Assembly: GCA_963664225.1 (NCBI GenBank)
Contig: OY760937.1
Span: 3,040,001-3,104,000 of the forward strand
Reading direction: 5' to 3'
DNA length: 64,000 nt
From: Verrucomicrobiia bacterium
GTDB lineage: Bacteria > Verrucomicrobiota > Verrucomicrobiia > Limisphaerales > UBA1319
Made by a program: the position numbers and the translations under genes. Positions 28,561 to 38,780 of the stretch are shown piece by piece. Numbering within the stretch: the first letter of the stretch is position 1; every line of letters starts with the position of its first letter. A model generated the notes under the pieces. It did no database searches, was not told where the DNA came from, and saw nothing but the letters and a program-made list of their open reading frames with translations.

Positions 28561-31500
28561 ATGCTATCAAGATTCTTCCTCCAGCGTCCTGTGTTCGCCT
28601 GGGTCATCGCCATCATCCTGATGGTGGCGGGTGGTCTGGCGATTCACAACCTGCCCATATCCCAGTATCCGCCGATCGCACCCCCGTCGATCGCCATTAC
28701 GGCGTTCTATCCTGGCGGTTCTGCGGAAACAGTTGAAAACAGTGTCACCCAGATCATCGAGCAGAAGATGACCGGGTTCGACAAGATGCTCTACCTCTCG
28801 GCGAGCAGCGAATCGTCCGGCGCTTCCCGAGTCGAACTCACCTTTGCCCCGGGAACGGATCCCGACATGGCCTGGTCGCAGGTGCAGAACAAGCTTCAAC
28901 TGGCCATGGCGAGCCTGCCTGAAGTAGTGCAGCGCCAGGGTGTGCGCGTCAGCAAGAGCACGCGCAACTTCCTGTTGGTTGTGGGAATGATTTCGGAGGA
29001 TGGGAGCATGGACGGAAACGACCTGCGCGATTACGCCCAGTCCAACCTGGAGAAGGTGCTCTCACGGGTGCCGGGCGTGGGTGAGGTTCAGGTCTTCGGC
29101 AGTCAATACGCCATGCGCGTTTGGCTCAACTCGGACAAGATGAATGAATTCAAGATGACGATTGAAGATGTCGTCACGGCGATGCGGGCTTACAATGTGG
29201 AAGTTTCCGCAGGCCAATTCGGCGGCGCGCCTGCAGTGCCCGGCCAGCGGTTGAACGCGAGCATCGTCGTCCAGAGTCTGCTCAAGACACCCGAGGAGTT
29301 TGCCTCGATTCCCATCCGCACCAATCCGGATGGTTCCGTCGTTCGCGTCAAAGATGTGGGCCGTACGGAACTGGGGACGGAGTCTTACGATGTGGATGTC
29401 TATTATAATGGGAAACCCTCCTCCGCACTGGCCATCCGACAATCGGCCGGCGCCAATGCGCTCGAGACGGCGGACAATGTCAGGGCCAAGATGAAGGAGT
29501 TGAGCGCCTTTTTCCCAACCGGAATGAGAGTCGTTTATCCCTATGACACAACACCCTTTGTGAGAGTCGCCATTGGCGAAGTGGTCAAGACCCTGCTGGA
29601 GGCCATTCTGCTGGTGTTCCTGGTGATGTATCTGTTTATGGGAAACATGCGGGCGACGCTGATCCCGACCATCGCTGTGCCGGTGGTCATCCTGGGAACG
29701 TTCGCGGTGCTGGGATTTTTCGGTTTTTCCATCAACATGCTCACGATGTTCGCCATGGTGCTGGCCATCGGCCTGCTGGTGGACGACGCCATCGTGGTGG
29801 TGGAAAACGTGGAACGCATCATGAGCGAGGAGGGACTTTCACCCATGGAGGCCACGCGCAAGTCCATGGACCAGATTACCAGCGCATTGATCGGCATTGG
29901 CCTGGTCCTCTCGGCGGTGTTTGGACCGATGGCGTTTTTCGGTGGGTCCACCGGTGTCATTTACCGGCAATTTTCCATCACCATCATGGCGGCCATGCTT
30001 CTTTCGGTTGTTGTGGCCCTGGTGCTGACGCCGGTGTTGTGCGCGTCCCTGCTCAAGGCGGTGCCCAAGGGGCATGAGCCTGCGGAAGCAGGGATTTCAT
30101 TCATGCGCCCGTTCTTCCGCTGGTTTGACCGCCTCTTTTTTGGGGCCAGGGAGCATTACCTGCTCCAGGTGGGCCGTTCGCTCACTCACAAGGCGCGCTA
30201 CCTGGTGATCTTTGTCCTGATCGTGGTGGCGATGGGATTCCTATTCCGACGGATGCCCACGGCTTACCTTCCGGACGAAGACCAGGGGATATTGATGGTT
30301 CAAGCCATTCTCCCGGCCAATTCGACCCTGGAACAAACCAAGGAGGTGATGAATCAAGTTCGAGAGCATTTCATGGTTGCCGAGAAAGATGTCATCGAAT
30401 CGTGCATGACCATTTCGGGCTTTAGCTTCTCCGGTCAGGGACAGAACTCAGGCATGTCCTTCGTCAAATTGAAGGACTGGAAGCTCCGCGAACGGCCGGA
30501 TATGAAGGTCATTCCCGTGGCCGGGCGAGCCATGGGAGCATTCTCCCAGATTCGCAACGCCATGGTGTTTGCCTTTGCGCCACCGGCGGTCATCGAACTG
30601 GGCATTTCCAAGGGATTCGATTTTCAGTTGCTCGATCGTGGTGGACTCGGGCACGCCCAATTGATGGGCGCCCGCAACCAACTTCTGGGGATGGTCGCAA
30701 CAAGTCCGGTGTTGACCAAGGTGCGTCCCAACGGACTGGAAGATGTGCCCGAATACCGGGTGGATGTGGATTGGGAGAAGGCGGGCGCCTTGGGTGTTCC
30801 CATCACCTCGATCCATAATACAATCGCGGCCTCTTTTGGCAGCGCCTATGTCAATGACTTCATTCAGGGCGGTCGGGTAAAGAGGGTGTATGCCCAGGCC
30901 GACGCGCCGTTCCGCATGTTGCCCAAGGACCTGGAGCGCCTTTACGTTCGCAATAGCGCGGGCAGGATGGTTCCTTTCTCCGCGTTTGCCTCCAACCACT
31001 GGACCTCCGGTTCGCCGAAGCTCGAGCGTTTTAATGGATTTCCGTCGTTGAACATTGTGGGTGAAGCCGCACAGGGAAGAAGTTCCGGAGAGGCCATGCA
31101 GACGATGCAGGATTTCGTGAAGAACCTTCCACAGGGAGTCGGCTATGACTGGACCGGGCTTTCCTACCAGGAGCGCCAGGCCAGCGCCCAAACCGGACTG
31201 CTTTATTCCTTTTCCATTCTGGTTATCTTCCTGTGCCTTGCGGCGCTGTATGAGAGTTGGCCGATCCCCATCTCGATTCTGATGGCGCTGCCTCTAGGCG
31301 TCATTGGCGGTGTGATCGGCACCACGATGCGGGGATTGCCCAATGACGTTTATTTCCAGATCGGGTTGTTGACCACACTGGGTCTGACGACAAAGAACGC
31401 CATTCTGATCGTCCAGTTCGCCAAGGCGCGCGTGGATGAAGGGATGGGCATGATCCCGGCGACACTGGAGGCGGCGAAACTGAGGTTACGTCCCATTGTC

Positions 31501-31734
31501 ATGACCTCTCTGGCCTTCGGTTTCGGCGTGCTGCCGCTGGCCTTTGCGAACGGCGCGGGCGCAGGCGCCCAGATGGCCATCGGCACCGCGGTGCTGGGTG
31601 GCGTGGTAACCTCCACATTCCTGGTGACTTTGTTTGCGCCACTATTCTATGTGTTGATCCAAACCACCTTTGGCAAAAAGAGAACGGCGGCGGCAGCCAC
31701 AGGCGGCGAGACAAACTCTTCTGCGAATCATTAA
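28561..31734 (+). CDS. RND efflux permease (AcrB/MexB, HAE1 family)
   Basis: FFLQRPVFAWVIAI, AIGLLVDDAIVVVENVER, KNAILIV, LRLRPIVMTSLAF. Confidence 0.97.
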   Translation: MLSRFFLQRPVFAWVIAIILMVAGGLAIHNLPISQYPPIAPPSIAITAFYPGGSAETVENSVTQIIEQKMTGFDKMLYLSASSESSGASRVELTFAPGTDPDMAWSQVQNKLQLAMASLPEVVQRQGVRVSKSTRNFLLVVGMISEDGSMDGNDLRDYAQSNLEKVLSRVPGVGEVQVFGSQYAMRVWLNSDKMNEFKMTIEDVVTAMRAYNVEVSAGQFGGAPAVPGQRLNASIVVQSLLKTPEEFASIPIRTNPDGSVVRVKDVGRTELGTESYDVDVYYNGKPSSALAIRQSAGANALETADNVRAKMKELSAFFPTGMRVVYPYDTTPFVRVAIGEVVKTLLEAILLVFLVMYLFMGNMRATLIPTIAVPVVILGTFAVLGFFGFSINMLTMFAMVLAIGLLVDDAIVVVENVERIMSEEGLSPMEATRKSMDQITSALIGIGLVLSAVFGPMAFFGGSTGVIYRQFSITIMAAMLLSVVVALVLTPVLCASLLKAVPKGHEPAEAGISFMRPFFRWFDRLFFGAREHYLLQVGRSLTHKARYLVIFVLIVVAMGFLFRRMPTAYLPDEDQGILMVQAILPANSTLEQTKEVMNQVREHFMVAEKDVIESCMTISGFSFSGQGQNSGMSFVKLKDWKLRERPDMKVIPVAGRAMGAFSQIRNAMVFAFAPPAVIELGISKGFDFQLLDRGGLGHAQLMGARNQLLGMVATSPVLTKVRPNGLEDVPEYRVDVDWEKAGALGVPITSIHNTIAASFGSAYVNDFIQGGRVKRVYAQADAPFRMLPKDLERLYVRNSAGRMVPFSAFASNHWTSGSPKLERFNGFPSLNIVGEAAQGRSSGEAMQTMQDFVKNLPQGVGYDWTGLSYQERQASAQTGLLYSFSILVIFLCLAALYESWPIPISILMALPLGVIGGVIGTTMRGLPNDVYFQIGLLTTLGLTTKNAILIVQFAKARVDEGMGMIPATLEAAKLRLRPIVMTSLAFGFGVLPLAFANGAGAGAQMAIGTAVLGGVVTSTFLVTLFAPLFYVLIQTTFGKKRTAAAATGGETNSSANH

Positions 31735-31735
31735 C

Positions 31736-33202
31736 ATGAACAAGAACCTTATTCTTTTGCTGGTTGGAATCGCCAGCGTCCCGGCCGCCTGCACCCTGGC
31801 TCCCAAGTATTCGCGTCCACAGGCTCCGGTGCCTGCGGCATGGCCCGCTGGCGGGGCTTATACGGAAGCGCTGGCATCAACCAACGCCACGGAAGTACCG
31901 AATCTGCGATGGCAGGAATTCTTCTCGGACGAGAAGCTTCAAAAAGTCATCGGCACCGCCCTGACGAACAACCGCGACCTGCGGCTGGCCGCCTTGAATG
32001 TCCAAAATGCGCGGGCCCTATATGGCATTCAACGAGCCGACCTGTTCCCCAAAGTTGAAGCCACTGGAAGAGGGAGCAAGCAGAGTCTGCCCGCCGATCT
32101 GTCCAGTTCCGGCAGCCGGCAAACCGTGGAACGTTATGATGCCAATCTCGGTGTGGCCTCCTGGGAAATCGACTTCTTCGGACGCATCCGCAGCCTGAAG
32201 GACAACGCACTGCAGCAATACTTGGCCACGGAACAGGCACGCCGCAGCGCGCAGATATTACTCGTGTCCGCAGTGGCCAACACCTACCTCACGCTGGCAG
32301 CTGACCAGGAGAATCTCAAGCTGGCGCAGACCACCCTGGAGACTCAGCAGGGCGCGTATGACTTGATCAAGAAGCGCTATACTCTGGGCCTTCTGCCTGA
32401 GCTGGATCTGTTCCGCGCGCAAACCCAGGTGGATGCCGCTCGCGGTGATGTCGCCCGCTTCACCCAGTTGGTGGCGCAGGATCAAAATGCCTTGAACCTC
32501 CTGGCTGGGGCTCCAGTTCCGGGCGAACTGTTGCCCGCTGAGTTGGGCAAGGTCACGCCTCCGCGCGAAGTCAGTGCCGGCCTTTCCTCCGAAGTGCTTC
32601 TGCGCCGACCGGATGTGCTTCAAGCGGAGGATTTGCTCAAGGCGGCGAATGCCAACATTGGCGCCGCACGCTCGGCGTTCTTCCCGCGCATTTCGTTGAC
32701 TGCGGCCGTGGGCACCGCCAGCAGCGACCTTTCCGGCCTGTTCAAGTCCGGCTCGGGCACATGGAGCTATGCGCCGCAGATTGTGATGCCCATATTCGAT
32801 GCGCGCGTCTGGGCCGCCCACAAGGCTGCGAAAGTGCAACAGGAAATCGCCGTGGCCCAGTACGAAAAAGCCATACAAGGGGCCTTCCGGGAGGTGGCCG
32901 ATACCCTGGCCGTTCGCGGCACCGTGGGCCAGCAGGTCGAGGCGCAACAATCCCTGGTCAAAGCCGTGGGCGAAACCTTTCGGTTATCCACTTCGCGCTA
33001 TGACAAGGGGATTGATAGTTACCTGAGTGTTCTGGATGCGCAGCGGTCTTTGTATGCCGCGCAACAGGGTCTCGTTTATCTGCGCCTGGCGAATCTCGTC
33101 AACCATGTGCAGCTTTACGCCGTATTGGGCGGAGGTTGGAAGGCAGATGAGACAACGCAGGCCAGGGCCACCAGCACGGCAGCCGCCAATAAAAAGAAAT
33201 AA
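31736..33202 (+). CDS. Outer membrane efflux lipoprotein (OprM/NodT family)
   Basis: Lipobox PAAC, NNRDLR, SWEIDFFGR, LLRRPDV, LYAVLGGGW. Confidence 0.93.
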   Translation: MNKNLILLLVGIASVPAACTLAPKYSRPQAPVPAAWPAGGAYTEALASTNATEVPNLRWQEFFSDEKLQKVIGTALTNNRDLRLAALNVQNARALYGIQRADLFPKVEATGRGSKQSLPADLSSSGSRQTVERYDANLGVASWEIDFFGRIRSLKDNALQQYLATEQARRSAQILLVSAVANTYLTLAADQENLKLAQTTLETQQGAYDLIKKRYTLGLLPELDLFRAQTQVDAARGDVARFTQLVAQDQNALNLLAGAPVPGELLPAELGKVTPPREVSAGLSSEVLLRRPDVLQAEDLLKAANANIGAARSAFFPRISLTAAVGTASSDLSGLFKSGSGTWSYAPQIVMPIFDARVWAAHKAAKVQQEIAVAQYEKAIQGAFREVADTLAVRGTVGQQVEAQQSLVKAVGETFRLSTSRYDKGIDSYLSVLDAQRSLYAAQQGLVYLRLANLVNHVQLYAVLGGGWKADETTQARATSTAAANKKK

Positions 33203-33242
33203 CCAGGGTGGCTTGACAAGAAGAGTCAAAGGCTGAACATCG

Positions 33243-33298
33243 ATTCGCGCCGGAGCCAGGCAGTCAGAATGCCTTCCCCGGCGCGAATGTTTTTGTTT
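33243..33298 (+). terminator. Putative intrinsic terminator after the RND operon
   Basis: ATTCGCGCCGG...CCGGCGCGAAT stem followed by GTTTTTGTTT. Confidence 0.6.
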
Positions 33299-33423
33299 GA
33301 CGCCCTCAAGCCAATGAGGAGCCCTTCCCATTCATGCCACTGATTCTGATCTGAATCCGTAAAAGTGTGGCTTCCAAACCAGCGCTTGCGCGATGAAAAT
33401 GGCGGCCTAAAATTCCGGGGTCG

Positions 33424-36400
33424 ATGGAAAACCAATTCGAAATAAAAAGACCCGCGAAATTGCAGAAGTTCTTGCGGCGTTTTAGTCGGAAAGCGATTCA
33501 GAAGGGAGAATCGCTTTTTCAGAAGGGCCTTGTGGCCGGCCTGACTTGCGGCGAGCCGGACGGGGAATATTCCGCGGTCGTTCAAGACTCCAAATTCCAC
33601 CAGGTCGATTTGTTCCACGATGACCTGGATGGATGGGATGGGTTCTGCTCCTGCCGCGAGGGCGGGTTTTGCAGTCATGTCTATGCCACCGCGCTGATGT
33701 TGCTGGCGGAAAGCAGCGCCACAGCGGTGCAGACGCTCAGTGACGGCGCGAAGCCGGTCGTGGCCGTTGCGAAAAAATCAAAAGCGCCGCCTCGTCCGCC
33801 CAAGCCGCCTGAGTCGGTCCCTGAGGATCCCCTGATCAAAGCACTGGGTCGGCCCTTGAATGCTGCTGAGGCCGGTTACTTAAAAACCCTGGGCAAACTC
33901 TACAACGAGTGCCAGAAGATGCGTTCGATAAACCGATGGCATCTGGGCGAACTGGGATTGCATTTTCCGGGATATAGCTGGGATGCCTTGAAAATCTGGC
34001 CCTCGTTTCCAGAAACCATTCACCTCTTCTGGCTCTACATCGCCGAAGCCGCGCGCGAAGCTAATCAGCCCATCCCGGCCTTCATGGGTCCGGTCAGCGA
34101 TTTGACCCTGATCCAGGAATCCATGCGCCAATGGAAGCGCCAGCGGGAAATCGGGCATTGGAAGCATACCCTGGAGGAAAGCCACATGGCGCCTTCGATC
34201 CCGGTACGCGTCCAAGCTGAAGAATTGGATTTGCGGGTGCGGATGGCCGGAGACAATTGCACGCTCGAGTACAAGACTCCCGGCATGGAGCAGTTCAAAG
34301 CGGTCAACTCCAAACAGGCGAAACATTTCTGGGAGCGTTACGAATACGATTCCCTCCCGTTTCACCCCATTGCGGAGATCCTGTGGCAATTGATCGGACC
34401 CAGGGTCGTCTCAGGTTATGGAACCGAGTTCCACCACAAGGATCCCGCAGCCGCCAAAATCCTGGGCCGCATGCTGCGCAATCCCTTGCTGGCGGAACGA
34501 ATCGTAAACGAAGAAGGCCTGCCGTTCGTCCGGGAGGATGAACCATTGAAGTGGTCCCTGACACCTGCTGAAGACGAGACCGGAGATTACGGCCTGCATT
34601 TGACCCGCGCTGATGGCTCCACCCCGCCTCCCTTTTTGATGATCCTCGATGGATCGCCACCGCTCTACGTCGGCGGCAAGGCCATTTTCGTCGGGCCTCC
34701 GCCTCATCTGCAATCCCTCGATCCATATCGTGAAAACAAAATCCCGGCGCCCGCCCTCGAAACCGTGGCCGGGGTGCAATTCCTCGAGAAACTTCGCCTG
34801 GAGCCGCCTCCGCGCCTCCGGGAGCGCATCCAGCGGCTGTCCATGCGGGTCACCATTACGGCCGAGCTTAAATTGCCTTACCGGGAGGCGAGGCACGAGT
34901 TTTGTGTAATGGAAGTGACCGCTTCCTCTGCGGATGGAAACGTGCAGGAGAAATGGGGCGGTTATTCGTGGACCCACACCAAAAAGAGTCCGCCCGCTCA
35001 AAGCCCTGGTCACGATCCGGATACACTGGTATTTTACGACCGGTCCGCCCTTCATGAGATTCCCGCTTTATTGGAGCCGCTGCAATTGCAGTTTGACATG
35101 GGCTTCGGCAGACTGGGGGTCCGGGTGACCAGGAAATTTCCCGAGCTGTTCGCCGACTGGCTGCGGACAGTGCCCCGGCACATCGAACTGCACCTTTCGG
35201 GCGACTTGGCATCGCTGGCCAGGGATACGGTTTCCGGACGGGTCCGCCTGGAGGTCCAGGAGTCCGAGATCGACTGGTTCGATCTCCAGGTGGTCGTCGA
35301 TGTCTCGGACACGGAGTTGACCCCGGAGGAAATCAAGCTCCTGCTCAACGCCAGGGGGTCGTTTGTCCGGCTCGAAGGCAAGGGCTGGAGGCGGATGGAA
35401 TTCGCATTGACCGGGGAAGAGGATGAACGGCTGGCCCGGTTGGGACTGAACCCGCACGAGCTGACCGCCGAGCCTCAGAGAATGCACACCCTCCAACTGG
35501 CGGACGAAGCCGCCAGAAAATTTCTCCCCGCCGAACAAGCCGGGCACATTCAGCGGCGGGCCGAAGAAATCAAGGCGCGGGTCACGCCGCCGGTGCCCGC
35601 CGGATTGGTAGCCGAGCTGAGGCCATATCAAGTGGAGGGCTTTCATTTCCTGGCCTACCTGAGCGCCAACCATTTCGGAGGCATTCTGGCCGATGATATG
35701 GGCCTGGGTAAAACGCTCCAGGCGCTCGCATGGCTCCTGTGGCTGCGGGCCATGCCCGAAAATGTGGCGCGGCCTGTTTTGGTCGTCTGCCCCAAATCGG
35801 TGATGGACAACTGGAAGGCCGAGGCGCAGCGTTTCGCTCCGGGTTTGAGCGTAAAAACATGGCGCCCGGGCGAATTGGAACAATTGCCCAAACGCACCGC
35901 GGAAGCCGACATTCATGTCCTGAATTACAGCCAGTTGCGCCTGCTGGGGGAAACCTTGGTTCCCATCTCCTGGTGCGCGGTGATTTTGGATGAAGGGCAG
36001 TACATCAAGAACCCCGGCTCCCAGACAGCGCAAGTCGCCCGCGCCCTCCGCGCCAGCCACCGCCTGATCCTTTCTGGAACCCCCATCGAAAACCGCCTGA
36101 CCGATTTGTGGAGTTTGATGTCCTTTGCCATGCCCGGCATCCTCGGCAGCCGCCATTCGTTCGGAAAGGTGTTCGACGCCAAAAACGACCCGCTGGCGCG
36201 TCGGCGGCTCTCCGCGCGGGTGCGTCCGTTTCTCTTGCGCCGCACAAAATCCCAGGTGGCCAGGGACCTCCCTGACAGGATCGAGGAGGATTTGTTCTGC
36301 GAGATCGAAGGCGAGCAGCAAAGCCTCTACGCCGCCGAATTGAAGTTTGCCCGGCAATTGCTCCTGAAGACGAAAACGCAAAAACAACTGGCCAAAGAGC

Positions 36401-36993
36401 AGTTCAATTTCCTGGCCTCCCTGCTGCGCCTGCGACAGATCTGCTGCCATCCGGCGCTGGTCAAACCCGACTCCAAGGCCGAAAGCGCCAAGGTCAACGC
36501 CCTGTTGGAACAACTCGAACCTTTGATGGCGGAAGGCGAAAAAGTCCTTGTCTTCTCGCAGTTCGTGGGGCTGCTGGAATTGCTCAAACCAGTCCTCGAA
36601 AAGCAAGGCTGGCCCATTTATTACCTGACTGGCGCCACCGAAAACCGGGGTGAGTTGGTCAAAAACTTTCAATCCGCCGAGGGAGCCGCGATCTTTCTCA
36701 TTTCGTTAAAGGCGGGCGGATTTGGCCTGAACCTGACCGCCGCCAGCTACGTCGTTCTATTCGATCCTTGGTGGAACCCGGCGGTGGAAAACCAGGCCAT
36801 CGACCGCACCCATCGTATCGGTCAGGATACCAAAGTGATCGCCTACCGGCTGTTGATCAAGGGCAGCGTGGAAGAAAAGATTCGCGCTCTGCAGAGGAAG
36901 AAGTCCGCGATGGCTGAGGACGTCCTGGGAGAGGAAAAATTCGCGCAAAGCCTGACCATCGAGGATTTGCGGTTCCTATTTGAAGAAGAATAA
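33424..36993 (+). CDS. SNF2-family helicase with N-terminal SWIM zinc finger
   Basis: CSC-x5-CSH, LRPYQ, LADDMGLGKT, DEGQ, SGTPIEN, SLKAGGFGLNLT, QAIDRTHRIGQ. Confidence 0.93.
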   Translation: MENQFEIKRPAKLQKFLRRFSRKAIQKGESLFQKGLVAGLTCGEPDGEYSAVVQDSKFHQVDLFHDDLDGWDGFCSCREGGFCSHVYATALMLLAESSATAVQTLSDGAKPVVAVAKKSKAPPRPPKPPESVPEDPLIKALGRPLNAAEAGYLKTLGKLYNECQKMRSINRWHLGELGLHFPGYSWDALKIWPSFPETIHLFWLYIAEAAREANQPIPAFMGPVSDLTLIQESMRQWKRQREIGHWKHTLEESHMAPSIPVRVQAEELDLRVRMAGDNCTLEYKTPGMEQFKAVNSKQAKHFWERYEYDSLPFHPIAEILWQLIGPRVVSGYGTEFHHKDPAAAKILGRMLRNPLLAERIVNEEGLPFVREDEPLKWSLTPAEDETGDYGLHLTRADGSTPPPFLMILDGSPPLYVGGKAIFVGPPPHLQSLDPYRENKIPAPALETVAGVQFLEKLRLEPPPRLRERIQRLSMRVTITAELKLPYREARHEFCVMEVTASSADGNVQEKWGGYSWTHTKKSPPAQSPGHDPDTLVFYDRSALHEIPALLEPLQLQFDMGFGRLGVRVTRKFPELFADWLRTVPRHIELHLSGDLASLARDTVSGRVRLEVQESEIDWFDLQVVVDVSDTELTPEEIKLLLNARGSFVRLEGKGWRRMEFALTGEEDERLARLGLNPHELTAEPQRMHTLQLADEAARKFLPAEQAGHIQRRAEEIKARVTPPVPAGLVAELRPYQVEGFHFLAYLSANHFGGILADDMGLGKTLQALAWLLWLRAMPENVARPVLVVCPKSVMDNWKAEAQRFAPGLSVKTWRPGELEQLPKRTAEADIHVLNYSQLRLLGETLVPISWCAVILDEGQYIKNPGSQTAQVARALRASHRLILSGTPIENRLTDLWSLMSFAMPGILGSRHSFGKVFDAKNDPLARRRLSARVRPFLLRRTKSQVARDLPDRIEEDLFCEIEGEQQSLYAAELKFARQLLLKTKTQKQLAKEQFNFLASLLRLRQICCHPALVKPDSKAESAKVNALLEQLEPLMAEGEKVLVFSQFVGLLELLKPVLEKQGWPIYYLTGATENRGELVKNFQSAEGAAIFLISLKAGGFGLNLTAASYVVLFDPWWNPAVENQAIDRTHRIGQDTKVIAYRLLIKGSVEEKIRALQRKKSAMAEDVLGEEKFAQSLTIEDLRFLFEEE

Positions 36994-37173
36994 AAGTCCC
37001 CAATTGCCTTCAAACCGAACCGACAGGTCTCCGCATCACCCTGTGGTGAATGTTCCGGTCGATCGCATCAAGCCCATTTCATGGAATCCTCCCGTGCAGA
37101 AAATGGCCCAAAGCCTGTGGTGCAAGCCGTGGGCCAAAAATGGTGCCTTTGCTTTCTGACGATTCTGCAATCT

Positions 37174-38382
37174 CTACCGATTGACCAAATTGGCGAGGTT
37201 GAAGATGGGCAGGAACATGCAAATGACGATGCCGCCGACCACCACGCCCAGAAATACAATGAGCATGGGTTCAATCAGGGAGGTTAAACCCGAGAGAGTG
37301 GTTTCAATTTCCTCATCCAGGAAGTCAGCCACACGCTCGAGCATGGCGTCGATCTTGCCGGTTTGCTCGCCTGCAGTAAGCATCCGAATGATCATGGATG
37401 GAAAAATCGGGTGTTTTCCCAGCGCCACGGAAATGCCATCGCCTTTTTCGATGTCGTTGGCGGCGGTTTTGATCGCCTTTTCCATCATCACATTTCCGCA
37501 GGTGGCCGACACAATATCCATCACCTCGAGAATGGGCACACCGCTGCGCACCAGCGAGGAGAAGGTGCGTGTGAACCGCGCCAGGCAGATTTTGTGCGCG
37601 ATGGGGCCAAAAAGGGGCAGCTTGATGCGCAGGTTATCCCAAAACTCGCGTCCCTGCTTGGTCTTGATGAAAGCAAACCATCCATAAACGATCAGACCAA
37701 ACACTGGGAGCAAATATAGCAGATAGGATTGGAGCCAGTTACTCACAGCCACGAGCATCAACGTGGGACCCGGGAGTTTTGCATTGCCAAAGCTTTTGTA
37801 AATATCGGCAAAGACCGGTACCACCTTGACCAGCAGGAACACTGTGATGCTTATGGCAATCAGTGTGACCGCTATGGGATACATCAGCGAGGATTTGACC
37901 TTTTTGCGCAAGCGGGCCGTGGTTTCCAGATAAGTGGCCAGGCGCGCCAGAATCTCCGCCAATAAGCCGCCTTTTTCGCCCGCATCCACCATGCGGACAT
38001 AGAGTTTATTGAAAGTTTTAGGGTGTTTTTGAAGCGCTGCGGAGAAGCTATCGCCACCTTCCACCCGGCTGCAAACGTCCTTGATCACATCCCGCATCAC
38101 CTTGTTCGAGGTCTGTTCCGCCAGACCTTGAAGTGACTGAACCATGGCCAAACCGGCGTCGAGCATTGTGGCGAGCTGCCGGGTGAACACCACCAGGTCC
38201 GCCAGGGAAACGCTGCCACCGGCCGTTTTTCCCTGTCGCCCCTTCTTCTCCTGAATGTTCACCACCAGTAGATTACGATTGAGCAGCGTGGCAATCGCCG
38301 CCTGCTCCGATCCCGCATCGACAGTGCTCCGAAACTCCCGGCCCGAACCAGCTTCCCGAGCTACATAGGTATATGTCGGCAT
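37174..38382 (-). CDS. Type II secretion system F / PilC inner-membrane platform protein
   Basis: FTRQLATMLDAG, AGEKGG, MYP, AGEQTGKID, LIEP...FLPIF. Confidence 0.93.
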   Translation of the reverse strand: MPTYTYVAREAGSGREFRSTVDAGSEQAAIATLLNRNLLVVNIQEKKGRQGKTAGGSVSLADLVVFTRQLATMLDAGLAMVQSLQGLAEQTSNKVMRDVIKDVCSRVEGGDSFSAALQKHPKTFNKLYVRMVDAGEKGGLLAEILARLATYLETTARLRKKVKSSLMYPIAVTLIAISITVFLLVKVVPVFADIYKSFGNAKLPGPTLMLVAVSNWLQSYLLYLLPVFGLIVYGWFAFIKTKQGREFWDNLRIKLPLFGPIAHKICLARFTRTFSSLVRSGVPILEVMDIVSATCGNVMMEKAIKTAANDIEKGDGISVALGKHPIFPSMIIRMLTAGEQTGKIDAMLERVADFLDEEIETTLSGLTSLIEPMLIVFLGVVVGGIVICMFLPIFNLANLVNR

Positions 38383-38397
38383 ATCGAACGCTTGAAT

Positions 38398-38413
38398 AGC
38401 AAATTACGGGCCA
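38398..38413 (-). promoter_or_regulatory. Sigma54 promoter of the pilC/gspF-like gene
   Basis: Minus strand TGGCCCGTAATTTGCT, i.e. GG-N10-GC. Confidence 0.7.
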
Positions 38414-38641
38414 GTCTTCAAGTCTATTTGCCCTGCGGACCGGTTCGAGCTGGAACCGGCCCCGGCCGCTCAAACTGAAAAAGGCTGCGCCAGATATCCC
38501 GCAGACCTCCAAAAAGCCCCTATTCACGCATGAATCGCCATCCATGCGTCGATCAGGGAATACCTTGAAAAAAGCTCCGATCCAGAACAACTATTGCGGT
38601 CTGGCGAGCACCAGACGCCCTTCCAATCCTTTGCCGTGATT

Positions 38642-38658
38642 TGTCTCACTGTGAGACA
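38642..38658. promoter_or_regulatory. Palindromic candidate activator site
   Basis: TGTCTCAC-T-GTGAGACA, about 230 bp upstream of the sigma54 site. Confidence 0.5.
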
Positions 38659-38780
38659 CGGCTGCTTCTGTAGGAAGTTGGCGGATGGCAACCTGAGTGC
38701 GAAGATAAACGCATGTTCCGCTTGATGAACTTTTGGCGTTTATTCTCGGTGCCAGAGTTTACCGCGAGACAACATCGGCA

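Noticed and set aside
33424..36993. SWIM-SNF2 helicase as an anti-phage defence gene
   Set aside because: Stand-alone, with no methylase, nuclease or other defence partner nearby; this architecture is widespread
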